From Stylophora pistillata (lineage: Eukaryota), in NCBI RefSeq assembly GCF_002571385.2, contig NW_019218103.1:145752-209751 (forward strand): DNA of 64,000 nucleotides, read 5' to 3'. Positions 49,201-59,550 of this stretch are shown piece after piece (position 1 is the stretch's first letter; each line of letters opens with the position of its first letter). Both the position numbers and the translations under genes were made by a program. The notes below the pieces were generated by a model that was given only the letters and a program-made list of their open reading frames with translations, ran no database searches and was not told the origin of the DNA.

Positions 49201-52022
49201 GTCGGACTCTTTGTTTAAGTATGAAAAGGCTGGCGATGAGAAAATTAGAGAAGTTTCCACAGTATTAGGACTAAGAACTAGTACTAGTACATCTGAAGTT
49301 GCTATTACTAAACAGAAAGAGGAGTCAAGTTGTTTGGAGAGTTCTGATTTTCACGAATATGTGACTGCAAGTTCACGTAATAGCTGTTTTCTTTCCAACT
49401 GTTCTGTGAAAATCAGGGTTAATTATATCAAATAAATCTCAGGTCATTTTTGGAAATGTTGTTAACGGTGTATTAATGATTGAAAAATGCTCATTAAAAT
49501 GCAAGTGTTTGATCTGAGATCTAAACTATGTTTCAACTCAGATCAAAACCCTTAATTAAGATTTGCATCTGAGTGTTCATTGGGTATCAAGGTTCGTGCA
49601 TGAGACCCAAATACGCATTATTTGTTGGTTGCTGCACTCATGAATTATTAATGAATTAGAGAAACGAATTTCAAAAAATTTTTTGAAATGAAAGGTATCC
49701 GACCTCTTTCAGCATATTTCAAATGCTAAAAAATATCTCTTTCATAAAAGAACTCAGCGCAGTTTCCATGCCACAGAGTGGCACAAAAGGCTTTCTTAGC
49801 ACTAAAAGTGAGTTAAACCTACTTAATAAACCTTTAAAAAAAATCTGATTTGATCATAGAAGATGTCCTATGGTTCTTCTTCCTGTAACCCAACTGAGCT
49901 GACCAGCAGAAGTTATCCCCTCATTGGTGAGTCAAAGTACAAGACCGCCATTTCCAAGTGTGGCTATCAACATACCTCTGGCGGCTGCAGTCGCCAAGCT
50001 TTGTTCAAATCCTTCTTTAACGGAACATCATACAGTCGTCGTCATGATACAGGTGTCTGCCTTGGCTCTTGTGGAAACAGTGGACATGCCTGCAAAGCCA
50101 TTGACAGCGTAATGATTGGCATAAAAGGGCCAAATGGTAGGATATTTATATAGATATAAAGTGTGAACATCTCACATTGCTTAAGGTCATGCAGGTACAC
50201 TTGAATTGATTACTTGTTTCTAAATAGGAGAAGGGGAACTAACTGTTCGTGTTATTAAGAAGTGTGGTTGTGTGAACCCAATTTGCCATCGCGTTGCGTT
50301 TCGTGAAGTTTTCAAGAGGAAGACGGGTAAAGCGTGGATCCAAGAGGTATGTAATAAAGAGAATAAGCAAAGAAATGTCACAAGAAAGTGACTGATAACA
50401 GAGATCATAATTTAAAGATCACTGATGACAATTGCAATAATTGTGAGAAAAATAAATTATGTCCCTTGTGCGACGTTGATTCTAAAGCATTTTTCAGTAA
50501 CGTGACGTGCCAAATATAATTTAGAAACGACAGTCGTGTCTATAAGTGTACGTGAGTGGCCATAGTCACTCGTGAATACTCGTGTGTACTTTGAATCACA
50601 ACCAGAAACCGTTGCCACAACACAATTTAAGAATGTGCAATAGTTCAGTAATTGATTTATTCATTTACCCGATCTTTTAAAAATGGTTGCCGAATATTTT
50701 TATTTAAACCAGCGCCTTAACACTTTGCAAAAATGCAATAGTCAAGCGGAGTCTTCCGCAAAGCGTCATATCATTCGACGATCGGATGATAAACCAAGCA
50801 GCTGAAAAAATTACGAAGTAAATAGAGCTAGAAATAAATGAAATAGTAATGAATAAGAAAAGGACGAAATAAAAACATGGATGGTTGAACATGTAACTTT
50901 CTTATATTGTACTGATACATCATAAAGAAAAAATGATGACAATACGCAACCCTTGAGAGTTTGATGATTAAGAAGCTGTACCGAAAAATATTTACTCCTC
51001 TTAAATGAAAAACCATTATTAAAGGTTAAATAAACAAAACATACTGAGTAACATAAAAAAAGAATGAAAGATTTATGCAAGAGAATATGATTCTCTTGAG
51101 CTATGTAAATACGCGCAAACAGAAAAAAACGATTCAAAATTTTAAGCATACGTGTAAATACATTGACATGTAAAGATCGACAGATATTTCCCTCTTCCAG
51201 TATTAAGTTTTTTTTTTCAGGAAAAAGACGTTGGAATGTGCGTCGGTACTGGTTGCCCGAGGGACTGTATTCGCTGTTTCTTCGGGTAAGTCGTTGCATT
51301 CCATGCAATTTATATACTGAGGCAATTTTATGAAGTTCGTTGACGGAGTCTGTGGCAGCGGTCGAAAACCATTTGAAAGAAGAATTAATAATGCTATGAT
51401 AGGCAGAATGATACTAGCATTTTGATTGGTTCTTACTTTTGATCTGTTGGAAGACAGACGCATAAATGACGTCACCATTGTTGCGGCTATTCCTCAACAA
51501 GGTTTTATGTCAGTCTGTTCCGTTCCGTTCTTCATTTTTTTGTATGTCACGTAGACCACAATCCTTCAGTAGTAATTTTTATTTTTGGCCCCCCTTTTAC
51601 GCACGTGGTGAAGCGCTTGTAAATAATTTAGGTACGTGAAACTGTTTCTTTTCTTTCGTTTACCGCCTTTCATCATGTGGTTTTTATGGCTCCCTGAGTC
51701 TCGTAATTTATGATGAAAGAGCGACCGGATGGTTTTGTAAACATTGGAATTCTTCGCCGTCATTAAATTCGTTGGTTTAATGAGCTGTTCTGTTGTTATT
51801 CGACATCGACGCCGCTATATGTGTCCGACCCGGACAACCATTAACCTGCCAACTCATTCATTTATCATTTTATTTCTATACAGGAACAAGTATTGTGACG
51901 ATAATTGCCTGGTTTATCGCGAGAGAACCTGTATCGCTACCAACTACACTACAGAATATGTTCACACTGGCGATCACGAAGAAAAGAAGATCTACACTAT
52001 AACTGAATGTGGATGCAAGTAG
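43210..52022 (+). CDS. Spliced gene for a Cys-rich protein with three tandem cystine-knot-like modules (5' end unresolved)
   Basis: Exons 43210-43301, 49860-50136, 50228-50346, 51221-51285, 51884-52022 are all GT-AG with compatible phases (0,1,0,2) and give one open frame. Repeated motif D[VT]GxCx[GE]xC..C..I..CGC, ending ITECGCK*. Confidence 0.85.
45339..46318. mobile_element. Mutator(MULE)-like MITE, 980 bp, long TIRs, 9-bp flanking repeat (truncated duplicate at 41144-41994)
   Basis: GGGAGATGACAAAACGCGGAGCCCTACTCCATGGAGTACCCTATGGA...TCCATAGGGTACTCCATGGAGTAGGGCTCCGCGTTTTGCCATCTCCC, flanked by GTGTAGTTT on both sides. Confidence 0.82.
47205..47238 (-). ncRNA. Penelope-type minimal type I hammerhead ribozyme motif within a ~90-bp Penelope-like fragment (~47150-47241)
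   Basis: Minus strand: GCT-CTGACGA-A-GGGC-TAAC-GCTC-GAAAC-GTC-AGC has an intact core, stems I and II, and palindromic ACGT in place of stem III. Confidence 0.7.
48860..49435 (+). pseudogene. Crypton-like tyrosine recombinase remnant (DUF3504-type C-terminus)
   Basis: Frameshifted AFYFRPSK..VPVRVNKLN..KVGLTRKTSHSL..FLNAGVKEKLIIARTEHRSDSLFKYEK matches the HSLR..GHRS...Y recombinase motifs. Confidence 0.72.
49860..50136 (+). CDS. Cystine-knot repeat gene, exon
   Basis: catag|KMSYGSSSCNPTELTSRSYPLIGESKYKTAISKCGYQHTSGGCSRQALFKSFFNGTSYSRRHDTGVCLGSCGNSGHACKAIDSVMIGIKGPN(G)|gtagg. Confidence 0.85.
50228..50346 (+). CDS. Cystine-knot repeat gene, exon
   Basis: aatag|(G)EGELTVRVIKKCGCVNPICHRVAFREVFKRKTGKAWIQE|gtatg. 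Confidence 0.85.
51221..51285 (+). CDS. Cystine-knot repeat gene, exon
   Basis: ttttcag|EKDVGMCVGTGCPRDCIRCFF(G)|gtaag. Confidence 0.85.
51884..52022 (+). CDS. Cystine-knot repeat gene, terminal exon
   Basis: tacag|(G)NKYCDDNCLVYRERTCIATNYTTEYVHTGDHEEKKIYTITECGCK*. Confidence 0.85.
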
Positions 52023-53334
52023 AGAAGAAGAAGGGGAGGTCACTATTTCATGATATCCCTCGGATTACGATGTTGACGATAACTTCCCAAAAATAGTTTG
52101 AGTAGGGTAAAGGTAGTGCGATGCAAATACCTTGTTCCTTCTATTTGTTTTGACGTTTTTGTTTTGTTTTCTTAGTTTTTGGTTCTTTTTCAGTTGTATC
52201 TCTATACATGAAAATAAAACCGCCAGTAATGTAGAAGAGACAGAAATTCTCCCTTTTTTCTTCTTTTTGATAGAGTTAGTACATTTCATTTAATTGAACA
52301 AAGATTTTAATCCAGTAAAATTCACTACTTCTAATGAAAAAACACTACGTTATATCTAGAGACTGTGACGTATCCACTGTCCTCTTGTCGCAACTATTTT
52401 CAAATACACAAATTTTAAAAAAAATCCAAAACGGTATTAAAAAAAAACAAAACAAAAGGAACAATTGAGTTATTTGCATCGCACTATTTTAGTGAAAGTC
52501 TTGCTTATACAGATTGAAATCAGATTTTTTTTATTATATTACCTTCTTTAGGAGAGTGGTTTTAAGGAAAGCAACAACGTGTTTTTCTGACGAATCAACT
52601 TTTCGAAGTTTAGGCTTCAGGCTTTTTTATGTTGGTTAGTTAGTTTGTTTTTGTCAGCCTTTGTTTTCTTTTACACCAAAATATTACAGTACAAATCGGA
52701 TGTAATAGATGAACTAATGGATTTTTTAGGTGCGCAAAAAAAGTCATCTTTTCCACTGTATGTTTAAATCTCTTTTTATTTCTCACCTCTGCTCCTACTA
52801 TTCCTTCTTATTTCGTTTATGTATTTGTCTTCTTTTGGTTACCTTTTTTTCTTGTGGCAAAAGTCTCTACCGACTGCATTTTGCATCAGTTGTTTCTATG
52901 TTTAATATGGAGAGGAAGTAGTAAAAATTAGTTTTGACTTGTCTCGGGTCTTATCTGTGGAACATTTTAAGAGTATTGGTACACTTTAGCGTTTTTTGAC
53001 TTTCAACTTTTTCCATAGTCAGTAGTTTGTAGGTCTCAAGCAAATGAGTTTTCAAATCATCCCAGGATTTTTTAGGAGTTTGTTGGTGTTTTTTCAGTCA
53101 GCTTCATTGTAAAGAATATTGTACTGAACTTGGTTTGAAAGTTTAAGTAAGTAGTGTCGAGACTGTGTTAACTGATTACGCTGCAGGTTAAATAAAGCAA
53201 GACAATGAACATTCAAAAGTTGTAATGCGTTAGTGATGTCTATCTACAAGCATTTATATGATAAGCTAGCGCTGAATCCTACACGAATTTTGACTGGTTC
53301 TTACATATGAGAGTAGGAATGGGGAGGAGACCTC

Positions 53335-53535
53335 GCATGCAAAGCTCAGAATGCCTATCAATGATTGAAGTTCTTGCATGCAAGCTCAGAATGCCTATCA
53401 ATGATTGAAGTTCTTGCATGCAAAGCTCAGAATGCCTATCAATGATTGAAGTTCTTACATGCAAGCTCAGAATGCCTATCAATGATTGAAGTTCTTGCAT
53501 GCAAAGCTCAGAATGCCTATCAACGATTGAAGTTC
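53335..53535. repeat. 38/39-bp tandem repeat, about 5 copies
   Basis: gcatgc(a)aagctcagaatgcctatcaatgattgaagttctt repeated; derived from the DIRS RT segment ELQSLIGILSFAC. Confidence 0.92.
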
Positions 53536-53804
53536 CTGAAGTGTTGTTGACCGCTGAGATTGAAAAGTGGAAGAAGCAGATTTGATCTTATCAACCTTGT
53601 TCTTGGGTCGCCTTCCTTCCATTTTCTCAGAATCCAGTGCGATACCCATGAATTGAAGAACTTGAAAGGGTCAATCAGTTATAGATGCTGAGATGGGGAT
53701 ATTCAAATTTTTAAAAGTGAAGATCATACTGGAGAGACTTTCCCGGCAAAGATAATCCACAGGTGGGGTGGGGCAAAGTGGTTCCACCATGAAGAAATCA
53801 TCTA

Positions 53805-55442
53805 AGGTTCGATTCCTCATGAGGACTCAGAATGTTTTCTTTGTCTCACACTCGTGACCAGGCGCAAAACATCTTTCTACATTTCTTTACTGAGCTCAAA
53901 ACTTACCATCTTTCATATTCTTTACAAAACATGACGCTTTCGACATTGTCGATCCTAGCGGCACGCATGCGCATATGAGCAAAGCCTTCGATAGCGTCAA
54001 TCACGACACGTTAATTTTAAAATTGCAAGATGTCGGAATTTCCAGTGACGCTCTCCAATGGTTTCGTAGTTACCTAAGCAACAGGACACAAATAGTACGA
54101 ATCCATTCAACGCTATCTGAGCCTTTGTCTGTGACCAACGGCGTCCCTCAAGGAAGTATCTTAGGCCCACTACTATTTAGCATATATACGAACGATCTTC
54201 CATCGATCCCACAGAAATGCAGCACTCAGAGTTATGTAGATGATACGAAACTCATCACTTCCTTCGAACTTAAAGACAACCTGGATGCAATTGCTGATTT
54301 GGAAGACGACTTGTTTAAAATAGGAGAATGGTGTTCCAACAACCAATTGTTACTTAACCCTGGCAAAACCAAGCTGATGATATTTGGCAGCAGGCAGATG
54401 CGTGCAAAATTGCAATTTCGCTCCCTTTCCTTTATGGGTGAGGACATCGTCCCCGCAGACACCGCCAAAGACCTTGGTGTGATTTTGGATTCTAATTTAA
54501 CTTACGATGAACACATAATTAAGACCGCTTCCTCGTGCATGTCCCGCCTCGGCCAAATAAACCGTGTCAAGCATGTTTTCGACAAACGTACACTTTTGAT
54601 GATTATTAATTCCTTAGTTTTCAGCAGGTTATTTTATTGTTCCAATGTTTGGTCAAATACCTCAAAATGTAATGTTAACAAGTTACAGGCGGTGCAGAAC
54701 TTCGCATGCCGCATTGTTAGCGGTGCGCGTAAATTTGACCACGTTACACCAATTCGCAAGGAACTAAATTGGCTTTCAGTTCAAAGCCAGCTTTACTACC
54801 GGAACGCTACTATGGCCTTTAGATGCATGACTGGTCAGGCCCCAGAATACCTCTCATCAAAATTCATAAAGCGAGCCGAGGTTAGTCGACGTAGCACCAG
54901 AAATTCGCAGCTTTTGCAAATTCCATTCTTTAGAACAGCTAGCGGTCAGAGAACATTTTTCTATAGAACTGTAAACTTATGGAATTCTTTGGATAATTCC
55001 TGTAAACTGTGCAACTCCGTTAATGTTTTTAAAAAACGTTTAAGTACCAAATTACTCAAAGAGTTGTAATTTTACATATATATTTGTATACTTTTATTTT
55101 TCTTTTAGAACATTCAGATTTTAAAACATTTTTAATTGTAAATTAAAACAATTTTGTACATTTAAAACATTTTTAATTGTAATAGGAATATTTTTATAAC
55201 ATTGTCTTTGAAAAGCCTCCTTGGGGAAAGTCAATAAAGTATGTATGTATGTATGTATGCACGCAGGAAGCGTGTCAAATATGAACTTCGTAATGGGCCT
55301 TGCTCACCATAGAGTCTCTGTTACTCAGTGGTAGAGCATCAGAGCACAGAATCCAAAGGTCTGAGGTTCGATTCCTCATGAAGACTCAGAATTTGTTCTT
55401 TCTCCCACGCTCGTGACTAGAGACAAACAAACATCTTTCTAT
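53805..55442 (+). mobile_element. tRNA-derived terminally redundant repeat with 8-bp TSD, interrupted by a LINE
   Basis: ATCATCTA at 53797-53804 and 55443-55450. A-box TTACTCAGTGGTAGAGCA and B-box GGTTCGATTCC at ~55320-55375. The start (aggttcgattcctcatga..) is repeated at the end. Confidence 0.8.
53968..55258 (+). mobile_element. 5'-truncated CR1/L2-group LINE with uninterrupted RT C-half and 7-bp TSD
   Basis: ORF 53975-55069 (SKAFDSVNH, GVPQGSILGP, YVDDT, KLQAVQNFACR). AATAAA plus (TATG)n tail. GCACGCA at 53961-53967 and 55259-55265. Confidence 0.93.
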
Positions 55443-56601
55443 ATCATCTATGATGTGACAAACAAAGGAGATGGTGCACTGGTTCAGTAGGATCCACTGA
55501 ATGGCATCGGATAGTTGATTAAAAATGAACGGGACAGAGCGAAGACCAAAGGGGGATACTTTGTCAGAGCTATACTGTCCATTCCAAAAGATTCCGAAAA
55601 TTTCCCAGTCATCCAGATGGACCGGAAAGAGCCGAAAAGCTGACTCCATGTCTGTTTTAGCCATTTAGCAGCCTAGGCAAAATTTCTGAATGGCTACAAA
55701 GGCATTGTCATGACAAATGGAGGCAGAAGTCATCATTTTCAATAAAATAGTTGATGGTGGAGGTCCCAGACTTAGGAAGGACAATGGAATATTGTTCTGG
55801 ATTTCTGTCAATGATTTTTCGGGAACAAGCCCAGTAGGGGAAACTTGAAAATTCCTAAAGGGGGGCGAGGGAAGGGGACCCATAGTACCCCCATTGGAAA
55901 CCTCGCCGGCTAGATTCGCTGAAACCGCTTCAGAATTCAAGCAAGCAGTAGGTGAACTATTGGATAAACGAAGGTTAGAATACCCAATCCTATACCCCTC
56001 CCTCAGATCCGAGTATAACTTGTTGACAAATTCCTTTACGGAATGATTAGATAAAGCTTAACATAACGCTGGAATATTTACAGGAGTAACCACACCCTTT
56101 CCTTCGCTGTTCCAGAGGGACTGGGACACTTGATCCCAGGTACATTTTTCCCTCACCCAGACTTGTTGCATTTGTGGTAGATGCAGGGGGTTCTGGCACA
56201 GGGTACCCCTGGTGAAGTTGTGACAAATACGGTGTTCCGTCTCCCTTGAAAAGCACTCGCTGGTGAGAGTCCTAGCTGGAAACCCTGATTTCTTCCTTTG
56301 GAAGGGAGGGGAAGGTATTATTGGCACTGGCCTTCTGCCTAAACTTAATATCGTACACGCCCCTAATCCCTTATGGAGTTTAGCTGCGTAGCGGATGAGT
56401 GACATGTCCTCTAATAATTCGGGCGCACGATTCGGATAAGTGCTAATAAAGACACATGTCAGTTATTGATGCAGCTTTGCCCTTATTTACTTTCATTACT
56501 GAGTTCTTTACGGTTAGAGTAACTGGCTAATCATGTAATGGATTCCTGAACAAGCTTAGCCGGTAGTTCGTGCATGGAATTCACCACTGTTCTTAAAGAA
56601 T

Positions 56602-56634
<33 letters not shown>

Positions 56635-58741
56635 TTTATTTGCCTTATTTTAACAATTAAAAATAGTTAATTGCAGCGATAACAGTTAGAAGGCGAGGAG
56701 ACCCAAGAAGCCACCAGGCTTATGGGAGAGCCACCTCACTTACAATAATAAATTAAGTAAAGAAAAAGTGCTGCGAATGTGCGGCTTGGCCAATTCAGTG
56801 ATTATTTAAGTAAAAACTCTTGCAATTTCGCTTTAAAGCTGAGAAAGTTTGACGAACGAGTGACTGAAATAGGGAGAGAGTTCCAAATTTTAGGACCTTG
56901 GTAGAGAATTGTAAACTGCTTGACATTTGTACGGCACAAATGCGTTCGATAATTACTGGCTGTTCTGGTACCATAGTTGTGAATTTGGCTATTCCTTACA
57001 AAAAGATCGAGAAGCAATGGGGGCAATAAGTTATTTTTGAAATAAAACATAAATTTAGCGATTTCAAACGTATTGACTTGGAAAATATCTAAAATTCCTA
57101 GTTTGGAGAATAAAGGGGCAGAGTGGTCTCGATAGTCTGAGTTGGTGATAGCCCGCACAGCTCGCTTTTGCAAATAATAAATTCTATTTAAGTTAGATAC
57201 GTATGTGGACGACCAGACGGAGTTACAATAAACGATATAAGGATAAACTAAGGTGTAATACAAATAGTCCTTCTCGGTGATTTTAACTTTGACTACATCT
57301 CACCAAATGCGACAACAAAACATTTCCAGCGTACCATGAATCTTCTAAATTTAAAGAAATTAATCAACGAGCCCACAAGGATCACCCAAAACTCAAGAAC
57401 TTTAATCGATTGCAAATAGTAAATTCTATTTAAGTTAGATACGTATGTGGACGACCAGACGGAGTTACAATAAACGATATAAGGATAAACTAAGGTGTAA
57501 TACAAAGTGAGCTTGGTTGCAGAGGATAGGGAAAAGCGAGACCTAAATATAATACCTATTGATTTAGCGATTTGTTTACATACATAGTTGATATGGTATT
57601 TCCAGGTGAGATGATTGTCAATATAGACCCCAAGGAATTTAGTTACTTTACCTTGTTGTAGAGGTTTACCTCCAAAGGAGAGAGAAATGCTGAGTTAAAT
57701 TTCTTCTGTCTGGGTTTAAAAACTATATAGTTGGTTTTCTTTACACTAACTGAAAGCTTGTTACATTTTAGCCAAACGTCAATGTTTTGGAGTTCATCAT
57801 TAAGTATGGATTCTAAGCAATTTAGATTTGAGTGAGAATTAAAGATACTGGTGTCATTAGCGAAAAGTAGAGGGTCTGATAATTCAGAGGCATTAGGAAG
57901 GTCATTAATGTATAGAACAAACAATAGTGGGCCTAAAATCGAACCTTGAGGGACACCACCCTTGATGGTTTGCATCGGAGAGCAAGCTTGATTGAATTGG
58001 ACAAATTTCTGGCGGAAAGAAAAGTAGCTTTTAAACCACTGCATAGCCACGTCACGGATACCATGGTGCTCCAATTTGGCAAACAAGATTTGGTGCTCGA
58101 GAGTGTTGAATGCTTTGGAAAGATCTAGGAAAACACCCACCGTTGTTTGGTGTTGGTCGATTGCAGATGCAAGTTTGTTTACCAAATGAATTAGCGCGTG
58201 CGATGTTGAGTGATTTTTCCGAAATCCGAACTGACAGCGGTAAAGTATATCGTGTTTTTCGGCAAATTCTACTAAGCGATTGTATATGACTTTTTCGAAA
58301 AATTTGGAAAAATTTGACAACAAAGAAATGGGTCTGTAGTTTACAAAAAAGCTAGGATCCTCTGCCTTGAAAATGGGAATGATTTTAGCGATTTTAAGTT
58401 TGTCCGGGAAAATACCTTTTAGTAAAGATGTATTGATGATATCTGCCAAAGGGGCGGCAGAAATAAGGTGAAATGAATAGTTAATGACATGCATTGGGAT
58501 ACTGTCAGAGCCAGGAGCTTTCTTTGAAGCGAACATGCTACAAATACTCTCCAGTTCACTAGTTGTGGTGGGCTTTAAGTTAATGGAGAGATGTTTGTTG
58601 TAACCGAGATAAGAACGAAAAGAAGGATTCACGGTAGCTAGGTTGGGACCAATGTTTGTAAAGTATTTGCAGAATCTGTCAGCGATCTCCATTGAATCCG
58701 TTAATGTTCTACCTTTAGATTTAAATGATGTGGGAAGAGAT
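56602..58741 (-). mobile_element. 5'-truncated CR1/L2-group LINE (frameshifted)
   Basis: ORFs 57643-58692 (NYRPISLL, FLDLSKAF, GVPQGSILGP, FANDT) and 56802-57263 (LQKRAVR, YQGPKIWNSLP); (ATG)n tail at 56602-56633. Confidence 0.92.
57265..57409 (+). mobile_element. Fragment of a LINE apurinic endonuclease domain inserted in opposite orientation
   Basis: Translates to IVLLGDFNFDY..LINEPTRITQNSRTLID; flanked by a 97-bp direct duplication. Confidence 0.8.
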
Positions 58742-59461
58742 GAATAAGGGAAACCTAGATGAATCTTTGGAGAAATATATCTCTGTTTTAATTTTACCTG
58801 GAGAGAAAGGATAACCGCTTACGCTTGCGATTCCTCGTTAACGTTTCCTCGCCTGACGGTCACCCTGGTGCCGAGATGAGCTTTCTTTTTGACTTTCCTT
58901 CGAAATGCGGTTAAGGAGGGCCTCTGGGAACTCGCTGTTCGTTTTCTTGCCAAATCCTAGTAAAGTTGTCTTTTGCTCATTCCAAGTTTTTATAGCTAAT
59001 TTAATGATCCATGTAATATGGCGGTTTTCCTTCCGTGCAGGACGACTTCTTTTCGATGGCTTCTTTCCGTCAAAAACTTGAAAACGGAGCAAATAGGCGA
59101 TAGACCCTTTAAGAGACTAAATGAGAGAAGAAAAAGCCGTTCTCGATCAAAATTGCAAAGAGTTAGCTGTTTCTGTAAAACAGTTAATGCTGCCGCCAGT
59201 GGCAACTTCGCCCGCATTCTGGTTGAACATGGTTCTTCAAGTATGGCCGTATCATTACTGTTCCGTTAACAAATAGGCGTTGCAACCTACTGACAGTTAA
59301 TTAAACGATTTCTTTTAACTATGACTGACATTACTTTGATTAGAACAATGATTTGAGCCATGAACCTATTGTCACCATTATATTCCAACTAGTTTTTAAT
59401 ATCACTGGACCACGTCACGAGTGGCTGTAATGCGCTGACTTGAACTATGAAATTAGGCTAA

Positions 59462-59550
59462 CCTCCGACGAAGGGCTAACGCTCGAAACGTCAGCTTTTA
59501 TAATCTTAACGGTGGCCAATTTACCATTTCAACTTTTTTGATATATTGAA
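59462..59550 (+). mobile_element. Penelope-like fragment with mutated hammerhead core
   Basis: CCGACGAAGGGCTAACGCTCGAAACGTCAGC..ggccaatttaccatttcaac matches the reverse complement of 47150-47241. Confidence 0.65.

Larger units (their letters stand above)
53330..56600 (-). mobile_element. Degenerate DIRS-type retrotransposon (gag remnant and RT), with nested insertions
   Basis: PPFRNFQVSPTGLVPEK, MAKTDMESAFRLFPVH..PFGLRSVPFIFNQLSDAIQWIL..HIIDD | LDDFF..LQFMGIALDS..ELQSLIGILSFAC, Cys/His gag knuckle near 56100-56230. Confidence 0.85.

Noticed and set aside
53335-53535. CRISPR-like array
   Set aside because: There are no unique spacers, the units are contiguous copies of DIRS coding sequence, and the context is eukaryotic with no cas genes.
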